Positions 31,275 to 43,288 of a stretch of 64,000 bases of DNA are shown here, piece by piece. Source of the stretch: Obrimoposthia wandeli (Eukaryota); NCBI GenBank assembly GCA_977020255.1, contig CDROCS010002866.1:310001-374000 (forward strand), given 5' to 3'. A program made the position numbers and the translations under genes. The notes under the pieces were generated by a model. That model was not told where the DNA came from, did no database searches, and saw only the letters and a list, made by a program, of their open reading frames with translations. Every line of letters starts with the position of its first letter. Position 1 is the stretch's first letter.

Positions 31275-32738
31275 TTACAAGTATGACGAAAACAAACGAA
31301 ACAAGTTGTTACGAATTTTTATGTAGCTTGGCAAATCATTAATATCGTCCTCAATAACAGGTATAGCATTTTGTTTTTTAGAGGCGAATAACTCTGTTAA
31401 CTCTGTATTGAGATTTGTATCGAAGCATTCTAGATTGATTTCAAAATTGAATTCCAAACTTCTGGCATCCCAGTTACTGGAACCTATAAATGACCATATA
31501 TCATCAATAATAACGATTTTACTGTGATCAAAAGGTCTTTTGTTTTGATATATTTGTATACCGTGCTCTATTATTCTAGAAAAATTTGCTTTCATTACCC
31601 AGTCAATAAAAGGTACATCACTGCGTTCAGGAACAATAATCTCGATTAATACTCCACGCAATGCCGTTGTATGAAGAGCTGCCATTAGTATTTGGTCTGG
31701 AATAAAATAGGGAGTCATGATTTTTACGCTGGTTTGTGCACAGATTAATGCATTAATTAATGTCCACCGTATTCTGTTGTGATGCTCATCTGGACCATCT
31801 TGAATAACTTGAGCAACGACAGTCTTATTGTTTGTATGCGACGATGTACTTGGGTTATATCGAGGAAATTCAATTAACTCACGTGTAGCAAAATACCAAT
31901 CCTCAATAAATACCTGACTAATCTGGTCAATTACGGGACCTGTCACTTTAAACTGAATATCATCAATGGGGTGTAGTGCTGATTTCACCACATTATTTTT
32001 GCTTATATTCATTCCACCAATGTAAGCAACATCACCGTCCACACAAAGTGTTTTTCTGTGATTTCTTAGGTTGATAAAACGAATATTGGTCAGCGAATTG
32101 GCAGGTAAAAAATAAGCCGTTTTCACCCCTAGCTTTTTTAAAGCTCGGTCTGATTTATGCCAGCTATATCCAATGCCGATTCCGTCCAGTAAAACATTCA
32201 CAATGACACCTCGTTGATGCGCTTGGGCTAACGCGTTTATAAACTGGAGTCCAAGTGAATCACAATCAAATATATAGCTAGATAAAATGATATACCGCTT
32301 AGCACAATGAATGGATTGAATCATTACTGGGTAGGCCGCATCTCCATTAATGAGCGGTTCAACACTGTTGTGGGCAACATAATCAACACAATTAATTGTA
32401 TGCCCAGCGATGATTGCTGAATGCCAGTTTCTAGGCAGATGGTGGTACTTAATAGGTGTTTCTTGATGGCGAAAATCTTGTTTAAGTGTTTGAAGGTGCT
32501 TTTTGTGCGCTGAACGCTTGATACGATTTATTCCAAATAACCAATAAAACAAGCTTCCTACTACGGGTGAAAATATAACAAGGCCAATCCAGGCTAATGA
32601 TGTTCGTTCGTTTTCTTTGTACAGAAGCACATGGACTGATGTCACAAGGGACAAGCTAATATGGAAAACAACTATGAAGGTTACCCAATGGATGGTAATC
32701 CATTGCACCAATGTTTCAAATATTTGCATAAGATCCAA
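31275..32738 (-). CDS. cls: Cardiolipin synthase (phospholipase D family)
   Basis: Two N-terminal TM segments; two HKD motifs HRKTLCVD and HSKIVIID; GSSNWDARS. Confidence 0.88.
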   Translation of the reverse strand: MDLMQIFETLVQWITIHWVTFIVVFHISLSLVTSVHVLLYKENERTSLAWIGLVIFSPVVGSLFYWLFGINRIKRSAHKKHLQTLKQDFRHQETPIKYHHLPRNWHSAIIAGHTINCVDYVAHNSVEPLINGDAAYPVMIQSIHCAKRYIILSSYIFDCDSLGLQFINALAQAHQRGVIVNVLLDGIGIGYSWHKSDRALKKLGVKTAYFLPANSLTNIRFINLRNHRKTLCVDGDVAYIGGMNISKNNVVKSALHPIDDIQFKVTGPVIDQISQVFIEDWYFATRELIEFPRYNPSTSSHTNNKTVVAQVIQDGPDEHHNRIRWTLINALICAQTSVKIMTPYFIPDQILMAALHTTALRGVLIEIIVPERSDVPFIDWVMKANFSRIIEHGIQIYQNKRPFDHSKIVIIDDIWSFIGSSNWDARSLEFNFEINLECFDTNLNTELTELFASKKQNAIPVIEDDINDLPSYIKIRNNLFRLFSSYL

Positions 32739-32842
32739 TTCAAAATTGGGTAATAATTAGCAGCGCATTAGCTTAGGAACATGAGTACCCATTGTTTTAG
32801 GCATCGCCAAACGACTATTAAAATTTTAACACCTACCCTTAG

Positions 32843-33268
32843 TTACAACTGTTCTTCTTTTAAACTTGCCCATCGAGCAGCCACGCGTAATCTTCGATAA
32901 CTATTGTTGTCTACGCTATCCTTGAAGATTAGTAAATTCAAATCACTTTGCGCCTGCCTTCTAATCTGTAAAAACAGCATTCCAAAGATTAAATGAACTT
33001 TAGTTATCCCCAAAGTTTGCTGTAAAGGCCCTTTGTTAATTGCCACACTCACTTTACGGCTGACTAAATCCCAGTGTAATGTAACGATTGGCTGGCGGTG
33101 CTTACATTCATACACGGCACTGAGTACTATCATAGAAATAAGAAACAATTGCCAATACCCAGCTAAGCGAGTCGCAACAATGCAAAACACTGCCAACAAA
33201 TGAACAGTAATATACAGCCCCCGTTTGAATAGAGAGGGCCTAATGATAATATTAAGCGGGCTGAACAC
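32843..33268 (-). CDS. ygfX: Inner membrane protein YgfX-like
   Basis: Two TM segments; C-terminal IFKDSVDNNSYRRLRV; directly downstream of sdhE. Confidence 0.75.
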   Translation of the reverse strand: MFSPLNIIIRPSLFKRGLYITVHLLAVFCIVATRLAGYWQLFLISMIVLSAVYECKHRQPIVTLHWDLVSRKVSVAINKGPLQQTLGITKVHLIFGMLFLQIRRQAQSDLNLLIFKDSVDNNSYRRLRVAARWASLKEEQL

Positions 33269-33506
33269 GCTTCAAAATCAGCTCCACCATATACTGCAAT
33301 TGTGGATCCTCCGATGTACTTCTTCGCATTAGCCATGCGAATAAATCTGGATCTTCACAGGCCAGTAGCTTCACAAATATATCCTTATCTTCCTCGGTTA
33401 AATCTCTAAAAGCTTCTTCCATAAAGGGTATAAACAATACATCTAACTCTAACATACCGCGACGGCTCTGCCACGTTAAACGCCTTACATCTTCTTCCGT
33501 ATACAT
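33252..33506 (-). CDS. sdhE: FAD assembly factor SdhE
   Basis: RRLTWQSRRGMLELD, LLACEDPDLFAW; start reassigned to MYTEED. Confidence 0.93.
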   Translation of the reverse strand: MYTEEDVRRLTWQSRRGMLELDVLFIPFMEEAFRDLTEEDKDIFVKLLACEDPDLFAWLMRRSTSEDPQLQYMVELILKRVQPA

Positions 33507-33748
33507 GGTCAAATCCTGAGATAAGATAAATATGAACATTAGAGCAAAGCTATCCATAAATGCCAAGCACAAATGCAGCCAATCAAACTACTTAACTAAT
33601 TCTTATCAGCAACAAGCCCTAAAGCGGCTTAAAAAATATTTAATTAAAGCTCAACAGACTAGTTGCTATGGATTAGTCATCAGATCAGGTAAAGTATCGA
33701 GCACTTACTCATCAGTCATTTTTAAGAACTTCTTCTTAAGGCATTTAA

Positions 33749-34843
33749 ATGAACAGCAGCGCCGATTATTTATCAATTATTTTAAACGACACTCCATTAT
33801 TTGATGTCAGAGCTCCCATTGAGCATATTAAAGGCAGCATCAACAATGCCATTAATCTCCCTTTGATGGATGATAAAGAAAGAGAATTAGTCGGCACCTG
33901 CTATAAAGAATTTGGGCAAGAGCAGGCGATAGCCTTAGGTAGGCAATTAGTCACGCCTCAGTTGCAAACACAGCGAACTCAAACATGGCTAAAGTTTAGT
34001 AAAGATCACCCAACAGGTTATTTATATTGTTTTCGCGGTGGTCTACGTTCCAAAATAAGCCAGCAATGGTTACAAGAATCAGGCGTAGCCTACCCTTTCA
34101 TTGAAGGTGGCTACAAAGCAATGCGCCGCTTTCTTATTGACGAGTTAGAAAATAGCATAGCGCAATTACCTATGATGCTAATCAGTGGAAGAACCGGTTG
34201 CGGTAAAACGCGCTTACTCGCAGAGCTAACTAACAACATCGATTTAGAAGGGCTGGCTAATCATCGGGGATCAAGTTTTGGTGCTGCGGTAAACAATCAG
34301 CCTAGCCAAATTGATTTTGAGAATGCTATTTCTAGCCAATTGTTAAAGCAACGCTATCAACAACCACCTAGCAAAACCGTTTTTTTAGAAGATGAGGGGC
34401 GTTTAATAGGATCACTTACCTTGCCTATATCCCTTAAAGCTAAAATGGAAACACTAAACCACATCACTCTTGAAACGCCACTTGATCAACGCATCGATTT
34501 TGCAGTGGAAGATTATATTATCTCTTTGATGGACACTTACCAACAAACCTTAAACCCTGATGCAGCTATAGAGTTATTGGCGAATCGCCATCGACAAAGT
34601 TTGTTTAAAATCCGAAAACGCCTTGGCCAAGAGCGATATATAGTCGCTTGTGAACTATTAGATAAAGGTATTCGTGCGCACCAAAATCAAAACAGCACTG
34701 CTGAATATCGAGATTTCATCGAATTGGTATTAACCCAATACTACGACCCGATGTACGACTATCAACTTACAAAAAAACAGAACCGCTGTCTTTTTCGTGG
34801 CAGTAATGCACAAATCCAACAGTATATCCAGCAATCAAATTAA
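33749..34843 (+). CDS. mnmH: tRNA 2-selenouridine synthase
   Basis: Rhodanese DVRAP and YCFRGGLRS; GRTGCGKT P-loop; DLEGLANHRGSSFG. Confidence 0.95.
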   Translation: MNSSADYLSIILNDTPLFDVRAPIEHIKGSINNAINLPLMDDKERELVGTCYKEFGQEQAIALGRQLVTPQLQTQRTQTWLKFSKDHPTGYLYCFRGGLRSKISQQWLQESGVAYPFIEGGYKAMRRFLIDELENSIAQLPMMLISGRTGCGKTRLLAELTNNIDLEGLANHRGSSFGAAVNNQPSQIDFENAISSQLLKQRYQQPPSKTVFLEDEGRLIGSLTLPISLKAKMETLNHITLETPLDQRIDFAVEDYIISLMDTYQQTLNPDAAIELLANRHRQSLFKIRKRLGQERYIVACELLDKGIRAHQNQNSTAEYRDFIELVLTQYYDPMYDYQLTKKQNRCLFRGSNAQIQQYIQQSN

Positions 34844-34922
34844 CTTCAGATTTTACATAATAGAAGCAGTATACTCTTTGTTTACTGATGCCAACATTTC
34901 AACTTATAACCAGTAGATTTTC

Positions 34923-37262
34923 ATGTTATCAAGCGATATTAAATACCAAGATATAGTATTAATCGGCGGCGGCCACTCTCATGCAATTGTGATTAAAATG
35001 TGGGGAATGAAACCTGTTGCTGGAGTTCGTCTCACGCTTATATCCAATGCCGTTGACACCCCCTACTCCGGTATGTTACCTGGATTAGTTAGCGGCCATT
35101 ACAGTTTTGATGAAACACATATTGACCTATTCAAGCTATGTGCCTGGGCTGACGTACGCTTTCTTAAAGCCGATGTCACAGGTTTAGATTTAAGACGAAA
35201 AAGAATATCGTTATTAAATCGTCCTAGCATTGACTATGATATCGTTTCAATTAACACAGGTTCGACACCCAATATCCATGAGACGCTCGGCGCCGCTCAA
35301 TATGCCACTGGCGTAAAGCCGATTGCGCAGTTTTACCAAAAATGGCAACAGCTGCAACAAAACATGCAAAGCGCACAAAAGCCATTGAGCATTGCTTTAG
35401 TTGGAGCTGGCGCGGGCGGTTTTGAATTAATTTTAGCCATGCACCATGCCTGGCAGAAAATAAACTCACAAAGGGCTGATAACACACAGCAAAACCATGA
35501 TTTAGAGCACTTGTTTCATTGGATTGTTTCAGGAGATAAAGTACTAACTGGCCATAATCAATCAGTGCAAAAAAAAGCTCTACAACACTGCCAAACACTG
35601 GGGATCAAAGTACATTTCAATTTTGTGGTAAAACAGGTTAGCGAACACCAGCTAATATCCATAGATGCAAATAACGGAAAATCACTCGCTGTCGATCAAG
35701 TTATTTGGTGCACGGCAGCAAGCGCTGCTAACTGGCCTGGGGTAGCTGGACTTTCTCTTGATAAACAAGGGTTCATAGCCATCAATGACCAACTGCAATC
35801 ACTTTCTCACAAGGAAGTCTTTGCCGCCGGCGATGTCGCGACTCAGGTCAATTCACCTAGGCCAAAAGCAGGTGTTTTTGCCGTTAGGCAAGGACCTGTG
35901 TTATTTAAAAACTTGTGTCGCGCTATTTTACACAAACCATTACTCACACATCGGCCACAGCATAATTTTTTGAGCCTATTAGCCACTGGTAACAAATATG
36001 CTATCGCCAGCAAAGGACCTTTTTCCATTAGTGGAGACTGGGTTTGGCGATGGAAAAATCATATCGATCAAACATTCATGAACATGCTCAAAATACTGCC
36101 AGCAAAAGGCACGATGCAATTCACGCAATGTGATCCAATTTTAACTAAAGATAGCGACACTGCTAGTGATCAACAATTTATAAAGCAATTAAAGAAAAAC
36201 GCTATCCAAAATACAGACATCATGCGCTGCGGAGGGTGTGGAGCAAAAGTTGCCAGCTCAATATTGAGTGAAACGCTGGCTCGAGTCACAACAGATATTC
36301 CGATACAAAGCCGGTCTGATGTATTAATAGGCCTTGAGTCTCCTGATGACGCCGCTGTTATAGATCCTGCTCATCATGCAATCGCACAAAGCGTTGATCA
36401 ATTTCGCAGTATCATCGACGACCCTTATCAATTTGCTAAAATAGCAACCAATCACGCACTGAGTGATTTATTTGCAATGGGCAGTGAAGCACAATCTGCA
36501 CTGTCTCTGGTCGCTATGCCTTATGCTGCCAGCAATATTCAAAAACGGGAGTTATACCAACTTACGTACGGGATTATTGAAACGCTTAATCAAGCCCAAT
36601 GCGCCCTTATTGGTGGACATACAAGTGAAGCATCTGAACTTAGTTTAGGCTTAACCGTTAATGGTTTAATTAATCCTAATAGCCTTAAAACCAAATCTGG
36701 AGTTAGCGCAGGGCAACAATTAATCATTACCAAGCCGATAGGCACCGGTGTGATTATGGCAGGTCACATGCAATTTCAGGCGCAGGGTAGAGATGTTCAA
36801 AACTGTTTAGATACTATGTTGCAAAGCAATCAGTTAGCCAGCACGATACTACAAGAGTATCACTGTACAACGATGACTGATTTAACAGGCTTTGGTCTAA
36901 TTGGTCATTTATTGGAAATGTTAAGAAATAGTGATATTCAATGCCAGTTAGCCATTACTAAAATTCCCTTACTAAACGGCGCCCTCTCTTTATCTAAACA
37001 AGGTATTAGCAGTACTTTATTAGAAAAAAATATTGAAGCTCGCCATTTCGTAGAACAAAGCGCTGCACTACTGCAGTCATCACTATATCCACTGTTATTT
37101 GATCCACAAACCAGTGGCGGATTATTGGCTTGGGTTGAACCAGCGCAAGCTCAACAATGTATAGAAAAATTACGTAGTGCTGGCTATCTGGACAGCCAAA
37201 TAATCGCTAATGCACAGCTTAAATCAACGACAAAAAGCGCAGCTATTTGCTTAACGCAGTAG
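34923..37262 (+). CDS. selD: Selenophosphate synthetase SelD fused to an N-terminal FAD/NADH oxidoreductase domain
   Basis: LIGGGHSH, YSGMLPG, FAAGD, PKAGVFAVRQGP followed by CGGCGAKV, DDAAV, GGHT, TDLTGFGL, LFDPQTSGGLL. Confidence 0.92.
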   Translation: MLSSDIKYQDIVLIGGGHSHAIVIKMWGMKPVAGVRLTLISNAVDTPYSGMLPGLVSGHYSFDETHIDLFKLCAWADVRFLKADVTGLDLRRKRISLLNRPSIDYDIVSINTGSTPNIHETLGAAQYATGVKPIAQFYQKWQQLQQNMQSAQKPLSIALVGAGAGGFELILAMHHAWQKINSQRADNTQQNHDLEHLFHWIVSGDKVLTGHNQSVQKKALQHCQTLGIKVHFNFVVKQVSEHQLISIDANNGKSLAVDQVIWCTAASAANWPGVAGLSLDKQGFIAINDQLQSLSHKEVFAAGDVATQVNSPRPKAGVFAVRQGPVLFKNLCRAILHKPLLTHRPQHNFLSLLATGNKYAIASKGPFSISGDWVWRWKNHIDQTFMNMLKILPAKGTMQFTQCDPILTKDSDTASDQQFIKQLKKNAIQNTDIMRCGGCGAKVASSILSETLARVTTDIPIQSRSDVLIGLESPDDAAVIDPAHHAIAQSVDQFRSIIDDPYQFAKIATNHALSDLFAMGSEAQSALSLVAMPYAASNIQKRELYQLTYGIIETLNQAQCALIGGHTSEASELSLGLTVNGLINPNSLKTKSGVSAGQQLIITKPIGTGVIMAGHMQFQAQGRDVQNCLDTMLQSNQLASTILQEYHCTTMTDLTGFGLIGHLLEMLRNSDIQCQLAITKIPLLNGALSLSKQGISSTLLEKNIEARHFVEQSAALLQSSLYPLLFDPQTSGGLLAWVEPAQAQQCIEKLRSAGYLDSQIIANAQLKSTTKSAAICLTQ

Positions 37263-37300
37263 TCATTCAATGTTGTTGATATTTAATGAAAGGTAAAAAA

Positions 37301-37338
37301 TTAGCTTTGGCCCCTACAGGTGGGCAAGCCAAAGCTAA
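37301..37338. terminator. Bidirectional terminator-like hairpin
   Basis: TTAGCTTTGGC...GCCAAAGCTAA flanked by A tracts, between convergent selD and glpD. Confidence 0.6.
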
Positions 37339-37441
37339 ACAAAAAAATAAACGCTCAAGTCCGTAGTTGAATAGACTACCTAAGCGTTCTATGATCTGTG
37401 GTCTACTATGTAAGTACTCTTATATATTTCCAAGCAGCATA

Positions 37442-38989
37442 CTAAACTGCTTGTTGTTGCAGAGCGCCTGCATCGGGTAGATTTTTATTCTTAGTTACTT
37501 TTTCTTCAATATAATTTTGCAATATCTGTTGTTGCTCGAACGATAAATACATGGCCAATTTGGTTCTACGCCAAGTAACGTCATCGACGCTCATTGCCCA
37601 CTCGCTATTAATTAAGTAATCAACTTCTGCTTGGTAAAGACCAGCACCAAAACTCAAACCTAAATCTTCGATCGCGGCCGTTCCTTCAAGAAACTTATAG
37701 CATAATGTGCCATAAGTGCGGACATAGCGCTTGATCAAATCATCAGCTAGCCAGTTATATTTCGATTTTACAGTAAGCTGAAGTGCTTCTCTGTTAAGAA
37801 AGTCACCGCCAGGTAAAACAGCTTCTTTAGTCCAAGCTTTACCTGCATTGGGAAAGTACTCACATAATTTATTAACCGCGGCTTCCGATAGTTTTCTATA
37901 AGTTGTTATTTTTCCACCAAATACTGACAATAAAGGCCACTTTTCATTTTCAGTGGTCACTTCAAAAGTATAATCCCGTGTGACTGCTTGCGCTGAATTA
38001 GATTCATCATTGAGCAGTGGACGCACTCCCGAAAATGTATTCACAACATCCTGAGCACTAATCTGAACTTTAAAGTGGTGGTTTGTCACGTCAACTAAAT
38101 AATCAATTTCATCTTGATCTATAACTGCTTTTGCTGGGTCACCATGATATTCAACATCTGTCGTCCCTATTAAAGAAAAATTATCTTCATAAGGGATAAC
38201 AAACACAATACGCCCGTCCTTATTTTGTAAAATATAAGCTTGGGGCTGATCATGTATACGCGGCACAATGATATGACTGCCTTTTATTAATCGAATGCTC
38301 TTTGGTGACTTCTCCTTCATGACATCATCAAAAAGACTAGCCACCCAAGGCCCAGCGGCATTCGCTATCGCTTTTGCATATACTTGGTGCTGCTCCCCGT
38401 CACTGTTTTCTAGCGTAATTGACCAGCCTTTATCTGTACGATCAGCTTTCACACACTTAGTTCTGACCAAAATTTTTGCATCGTTTTGCTGTGCAGCAAT
38501 TGCATTTAAAACAACTAATCTAGCATCGTCAACAGCTGCGTCAGAGTATTCAAACCCTTTGGTCATTAAATTATTTAGCGGGCTATTATCCCCGAAACGA
38601 ATACTGGTCGATTTTGCTAAAGTTGCTCTTTTGGCTAAGTTGTCATACAAAAACAACCCTGCTCTAATCATCCATGCTGGTCGTAAATGCGGACGATGAG
38701 GTAGTTGAAAGCGTAATGGAGCAATAATGTGCGGCGCATTTTTTAATAATACTTCACGCTCAGCTAGCCCTTCACGCACCAAACGGAATTCATAGTATTC
38801 TAAGTAGCGCAAACCGCCATGAATCAACTTACTACTATTAGATGATGTAGCGCTAGCCAAGTCATTCATCTCACATAGCAGCACTTTCAAGCCACGTCCA
38901 GCAGCATCAGCGGCAATCCCTGTACCGTTAACTCCTCCACCAATAACGACGAGATCGTAAAGGCTGCTATTTAAAGTTTGTGTTTGCAC
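37442..38989 (-). CDS. glpD: Aerobic glycerol-3-phosphate dehydrogenase
   Basis: IGGGVNGTG, ATSSNSSKLIHGGLRYLE, GGKITTYRKL. Confidence 0.96.
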   Translation of the reverse strand: MQTQTLNSSLYDLVVIGGGVNGTGIAADAAGRGLKVLLCEMNDLASATSSNSSKLIHGGLRYLEYYEFRLVREGLAEREVLLKNAPHIIAPLRFQLPHRPHLRPAWMIRAGLFLYDNLAKRATLAKSTSIRFGDNSPLNNLMTKGFEYSDAAVDDARLVVLNAIAAQQNDAKILVRTKCVKADRTDKGWSITLENSDGEQHQVYAKAIANAAGPWVASLFDDVMKEKSPKSIRLIKGSHIIVPRIHDQPQAYILQNKDGRIVFVIPYEDNFSLIGTTDVEYHGDPAKAVIDQDEIDYLVDVTNHHFKVQISAQDVVNTFSGVRPLLNDESNSAQAVTRDYTFEVTTENEKWPLLSVFGGKITTYRKLSEAAVNKLCEYFPNAGKAWTKEAVLPGGDFLNREALQLTVKSKYNWLADDLIKRYVRTYGTLCYKFLEGTAAIEDLGLSFGAGLYQAEVDYLINSEWAMSVDDVTWRRTKLAMYLSFEQQQILQNYIEEKVTKNKNLPDAGALQQQAV

Positions 38990-39171
38990 GTGTGGTATTC
39001 CTCTTGAACAATAAGTCCAGCATTGGGATAAGCATGATGATAAACGTTATCTAGTTAGACAAAATCTCTATCATGCCACTAAAGCTCATTTATGTTGATA
39101 ATTGCTAAACTTGCTTATGATATGTTAATGCAAACCACTATAAAGGTAATTTATGAAAATAAAAAGATAAA

Positions 39172-39190
39172 AACGAACATTTTCGAATAT
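39172..39190. promoter_or_regulatory. Possible GlpR-type operator half-sites upstream of glpD
   Basis: AACGAACATT matches the E. coli glp operator half-site, followed by TTCGAATAT; AT-rich context makes chance matches likely. Confidence 0.3.
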
Positions 39191-39512
39191 TTTTTATAAA
39201 AAAGAAGACAGCTTAGAAAAAGATAAATAAGCTTTATCGTTAAGTATTTGTTGCCATAAACAACGCATAAATTTAAATAAAGCATTCAGAAATAGATACT
39301 TAGCAGCTAAAAATGATGCTTATGATAAAAGTGAAGGAAGTAGAATTAGAAAAAAGACGAATGAGTTTCACTAGTAAAAGAGTATTAACTAAGCGTCAGA
39401 AAAATGTAGTCAAGGGCAAGAATATCGAGAATGTTTAGAGGCTTAATATCTTTTAAGCGTGTGAAGTATTTGAAAAACCAGCGATAACAGGTACCGCTGG
39501 TTATAAAGTGCT

Positions 39513-40439
39513 TTATAGCGCGCTTGTAAGCTCTGGTACCGCTTCGAATAAATCTGCAACCAAACCATAATCTGCAATAGAGAAGATAGGGGCTTCTTCA
39601 TCTTTATTGATAGCAACAATTACTTTAGAGTCTTTCATGCCTGCTAAATGCTGAATAGCGCCAGAAATACCCACAGCAATATACAAATCAGGGGCTACGA
39701 TTTTTCCTGTTTGCCCAACTTGCATGTCATTTGACACAAAACCAGCATCCACTGCCGCTCTAGAGGCGCCAACTGCCGCACCGAGTTTATCAGCTACAGC
39801 TTCCAAAATACTGAAGTTTTCACCATTACCCATTCCACGACCACCTGAAATAATCACCTTTGCAGAGGTTAATTCAGGGCGCTCAGAGTCAACCGTTTCT
39901 TCACCAATATAGCTTGATAAGCCAGCATCTTTAACAACTGCGATAGCTTCAATTGTAGCCGCGCCGCTAAGCTGTGCTTCTTCAAAAGCTGTGGTTCTAA
40001 CAGTAAGCACTTTAACAGCATCTAAAGATTCAACTTTAGCCACTGCATTACCAGCATAAATAGGGCGTTCAAAAACTGATGCGCTTTCTACTTTGATAAT
40101 TTCTGATATCTGTGCAACATCCAATAAAGCGGCAACACCTGGCATAATATTTTTACCAGAAGTGGTGGCTGGTGCCAATATATGTGTTGCTCCAGCAGCA
40201 AGTTCAATAATTAGAGGCTGCATATTCTCAGCCAATTGATGTGCATACACAGCATTATCTGCTACCAACACTTTACTAACACCAGCAATTTTAGCGGCTT
40301 CTTGAGCTACGCCTTGGCAATCACTTCCAGCAACAAGGACGCTAATTTCACCACCAATGGCAGCTGCAGCTGTCACTGTATTTAATGTAGTGCTTTTTAA
40401 AGTGGTGTTATCATGTTCTGCTATAACTAAAATAGACAT
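39513..40439 (-). CDS. etfA: Electron transfer flavoprotein alpha subunit
   Basis: [41 protein letters not shown]. Confidence 0.97.
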   Translation of the reverse strand: MSILVIAEHDNTTLKSTTLNTVTAAAAIGGEISVLVAGSDCQGVAQEAAKIAGVSKVLVADNAVYAHQLAENMQPLIIELAAGATHILAPATTSGKNIMPGVAALLDVAQISEIIKVESASVFERPIYAGNAVAKVESLDAVKVLTVRTTAFEEAQLSGAATIEAIAVVKDAGLSSYIGEETVDSERPELTSAKVIISGGRGMGNGENFSILEAVADKLGAAVGASRAAVDAGFVSNDMQVGQTGKIVAPDLYIAVGISGAIQHLAGMKDSKVIVAINKDEEAPIFSIADYGLVADLFEAVPELTSAL

Positions 40440-40591
40440 AATTATTTCTCTACTCAATAATATTTTTTTGAAATATTTTTCAAACCAGCAACTAAGTATT
40501 TCGTTATAAAATCACTTAAATAGGTGATTTTGTGATAAATAAATTAGCGACCACATTCAGTTAAATACTTCATTTTAAGCAAAATGCAATA

Positions 40592-41341
40592 TCAAATTAC
40601 TTTGGCTTCGTTTTTAAGCTTATCAACTAATTCAGCAACATCGGCAACTTTAATCCCCGCTTTGCGCTCTTCTGGAGCACTTACAGCTAACAATTTAGTA
40701 TGTGCTTTAATGCTAACCCCTAATTCTTCAGTGGTTTTAACTTCTAAAGGCTTACGTTTTGCTTTCATAATATTAGGTAATGAAGCGTAACGAGGCTCGT
40801 TTAAACGTAAATCAGTGGTTGCTATAATAGGCATCGCCAATTCAATTGTTTGTAAGCCACCATCAACTTCTCTAGTGACTAGTGCTTTATCACCTTTAAT
40901 ATCGATGTTCGATGCAAAAGTACCTTGCGCCATACCCGTTAGCGCCGCTAGCATTTGCCCTGTTTGGTTGTTATCTGTATCTATTGCTTGCTTGCCTAAA
41001 ATCACAATGCCAGGTTGTTCAATTTCAACAACTTTAGCCAGCAGTTTAGCAACGTTTAACGATTCTAATTCTTGCTCTGATTCAACGTGAATCGCACGAT
41101 CGGCACCTAACGCTAAAGCAGTACGCAACTGCTCTTGGCAAGCTTTCGCACCAACTGATACTGCTATTACTTCTGTGGCCACACCCGCTTCTTTTAATCT
41201 AATAGCTTCTTCAACTGCTATTTCACAGAATGGGTTCATTGCCATCTTAACGTTATTAAGATCGACACCGCTGTTATCTGCTTTGACTCTCACTTTAACG
41301 TTGTAGTCGATAACACGCTTGACCGTTACTAATACTTTCAT
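40592..41341 (-). CDS. etfB: Electron transfer flavoprotein beta subunit
   Basis: [45 protein letters not shown]. Confidence 0.97.
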   Translation of the reverse strand: MKVLVTVKRVIDYNVKVRVKADNSGVDLNNVKMAMNPFCEIAVEEAIRLKEAGVATEVIAVSVGAKACQEQLRTALALGADRAIHVESEQELESLNVAKLLAKVVEIEQPGIVILGKQAIDTDNNQTGQMLAALTGMAQGTFASNIDIKGDKALVTREVDGGLQTIELAMPIIATTDLRLNEPRYASLPNIMKAKRKPLEVKTTEELGVSIKAHTKLLAVSAPEERKAGIKVADVAELVDKLKNEAKVI

Positions 41342-41349
41342 AAAAACAC

Positions 41350-43137
41350 CTAGTTCACATGAGAAAAAAACTGTTGCTCTGTTAGTGACATTATAGTGTC
41401 ACCACCAGCTCTAATACTTGCTAAGCAAGTTTTGGTTCTAACTAAATAATGCTGCGAATAAAACTCACTCGTCACTAACTTAGCTTTTAAATAGTCGTTG
41501 TCACCAACGCCTTTATCTAACTGTTGCTGTGCGGCTAACAAAGATTTGGCCATTAACCATCCCCCTATCAAAAAACCCCACAACTGTAAATAGTATGCAG
41601 CAATGCAGCTGCCCTGTTGTGGATTTTTTTGCAGCCATAATAGCGCTTTTTGCCCATCAACCAGTGCACTAGCTAACGCACTGGACATGCCTTTTGCTGT
41701 ACTGCACAACTTTAATTGCGTTATTGTTTGTGCTATTTCTGCAAAAAACAACTCAGCTTGTGCACCATTATCTAACAATGTTTTACGTATTGTTAAGTCC
41801 AGTGCTTGAATTCCGGTAGTACCTTCATAAATTGTCAATATGCGTGCGTCTCTAACGTGTTGAGCGACGCCAGTTTCTTCAATGTACCCTGCTCCACCGT
41901 GCACTTGCATCGCAAATGAGACTAGTTCTTGCGTCAATTCAGTGCACCAACCTTTTACGATTGGCGTTAAAAAAGCAATGCGTGATTCTATCGCTAATGC
42001 CGCTGCATTATCACCTTTAATTTGCACTGCTTTCTTATCCGCTTCAAAGCCGGCGTAATAACATAATGCACGCATTGCTTCAGTGCCCGATTTCATCATC
42101 ATCAACATTCTGCGTACATCACCAAATTCTACAATCCTTTGGCTGTTTCCTTGCTTATCATGCCCTTGAACACGATTAACAGCGTACTCTAAAGATTCTT
42201 GATAAGCTCTTTCAGAAACACCTAAACCTTGTACTGCAACACCTTGGCGTGCATGGTTCATCATACTAAACATATAACGAATACCACAATGCTCTTCACC
42301 GACTAAGTAGCCAATAGCACCTCCATTGTCACCATAACTCATTACACAAGTTGGACTACCATGGATGCCTAATTTATGCTCTAAAGATAAACAGCGTAAA
42401 TCATTTGCTTCTTTAGGTTGCCCTTCATCATCTAACAAATACTTGGGTACTAAAAATAGCGAAATACCTTTCATACCTGACGGTGCATTTGGCAACCTAG
42501 CTAATACTAAGTGCACTATGTTTTTGGCCATTTGATGATCACCCCAAGTGATGAAAATCTTTTGCCCTGTTATTTTGTACTGGCCATTATCTAATACTGC
42601 TTGGGTTTGTATCGCCGCTAAATCTGTACCCGCACCTGCTTCTGTGAGGTTCATGGTACCCGTCCACTCACCGCTAATTAGCTTTGACAAAAACTGCGCT
42701 TTTAATGCATCACTACCGTGTTTTTCTATTGCAGTAATTGCTCCTTGTCCTAATAAAGGACAAAGTGAAAATGCTAAGTTAGCACTTTGCCAAATCTCAT
42801 TGCAAGCAACCGACAACAAGTTAGGTAAGCCTTGTCCTCCATACTTTACGGCGCCACTTAATGATGGCCAGCCTTGCTCTACAAACTTTTGATATGCTTG
42901 TGCAAAGCCCGGTGTTTCAAACACCTTTTCAGCTTTTAATTGAGCAGGTTGTAAATCTCCCTGCCTATTTAAATCGACCAATTCTGTCAGTGCAAATTTC
43001 TCTGCTTCAGCCAACACGGCTTTAGCAAAATCACTATTAACATCTTCTAGTTCATGCTGCGTGCAAAATTGGTCAAACTCCAATAAATTGCGAATAATAA
43101 AATCTGCTTCTTTGTACGGGTGTTTATAAATACTCAT
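41350..43137 (-). CDS. Acyl-CoA dehydrogenase (long, ~600-aa type)
   Basis: [49 protein letters not shown]. Confidence 0.92.
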   Translation of the reverse strand: MSIYKHPYKEADFIIRNLLEFDQFCTQHELEDVNSDFAKAVLAEAEKFALTELVDLNRQGDLQPAQLKAEKVFETPGFAQAYQKFVEQGWPSLSGAVKYGGQGLPNLLSVACNEIWQSANLAFSLCPLLGQGAITAIEKHGSDALKAQFLSKLISGEWTGTMNLTEAGAGTDLAAIQTQAVLDNGQYKITGQKIFITWGDHQMAKNIVHLVLARLPNAPSGMKGISLFLVPKYLLDDEGQPKEANDLRCLSLEHKLGIHGSPTCVMSYGDNGGAIGYLVGEEHCGIRYMFSMMNHARQGVAVQGLGVSERAYQESLEYAVNRVQGHDKQGNSQRIVEFGDVRRMLMMMKSGTEAMRALCYYAGFEADKKAVQIKGDNAAALAIESRIAFLTPIVKGWCTELTQELVSFAMQVHGGAGYIEETGVAQHVRDARILTIYEGTTGIQALDLTIRKTLLDNGAQAELFFAEIAQTITQLKLCSTAKGMSSALASALVDGQKALLWLQKNPQQGSCIAAYYLQLWGFLIGGWLMAKSLLAAQQQLDKGVGDNDYLKAKLVTSEFYSQHYLVRTKTCLASIRAGGDTIMSLTEQQFFSHVN

Positions 43138-43288
43138 TGAATTGATACTCCCATTAGTCCTTTACTATACAAAAACGCCCGTTATTAAAGCTAAAAAAAG
43201 ATGCGATAACAAGTGATATTATGGAACATAGATATAGCATAATAACAAATAGTTTAAACTTAAAGCTTTCATGTTCGTTTGCGATTAA

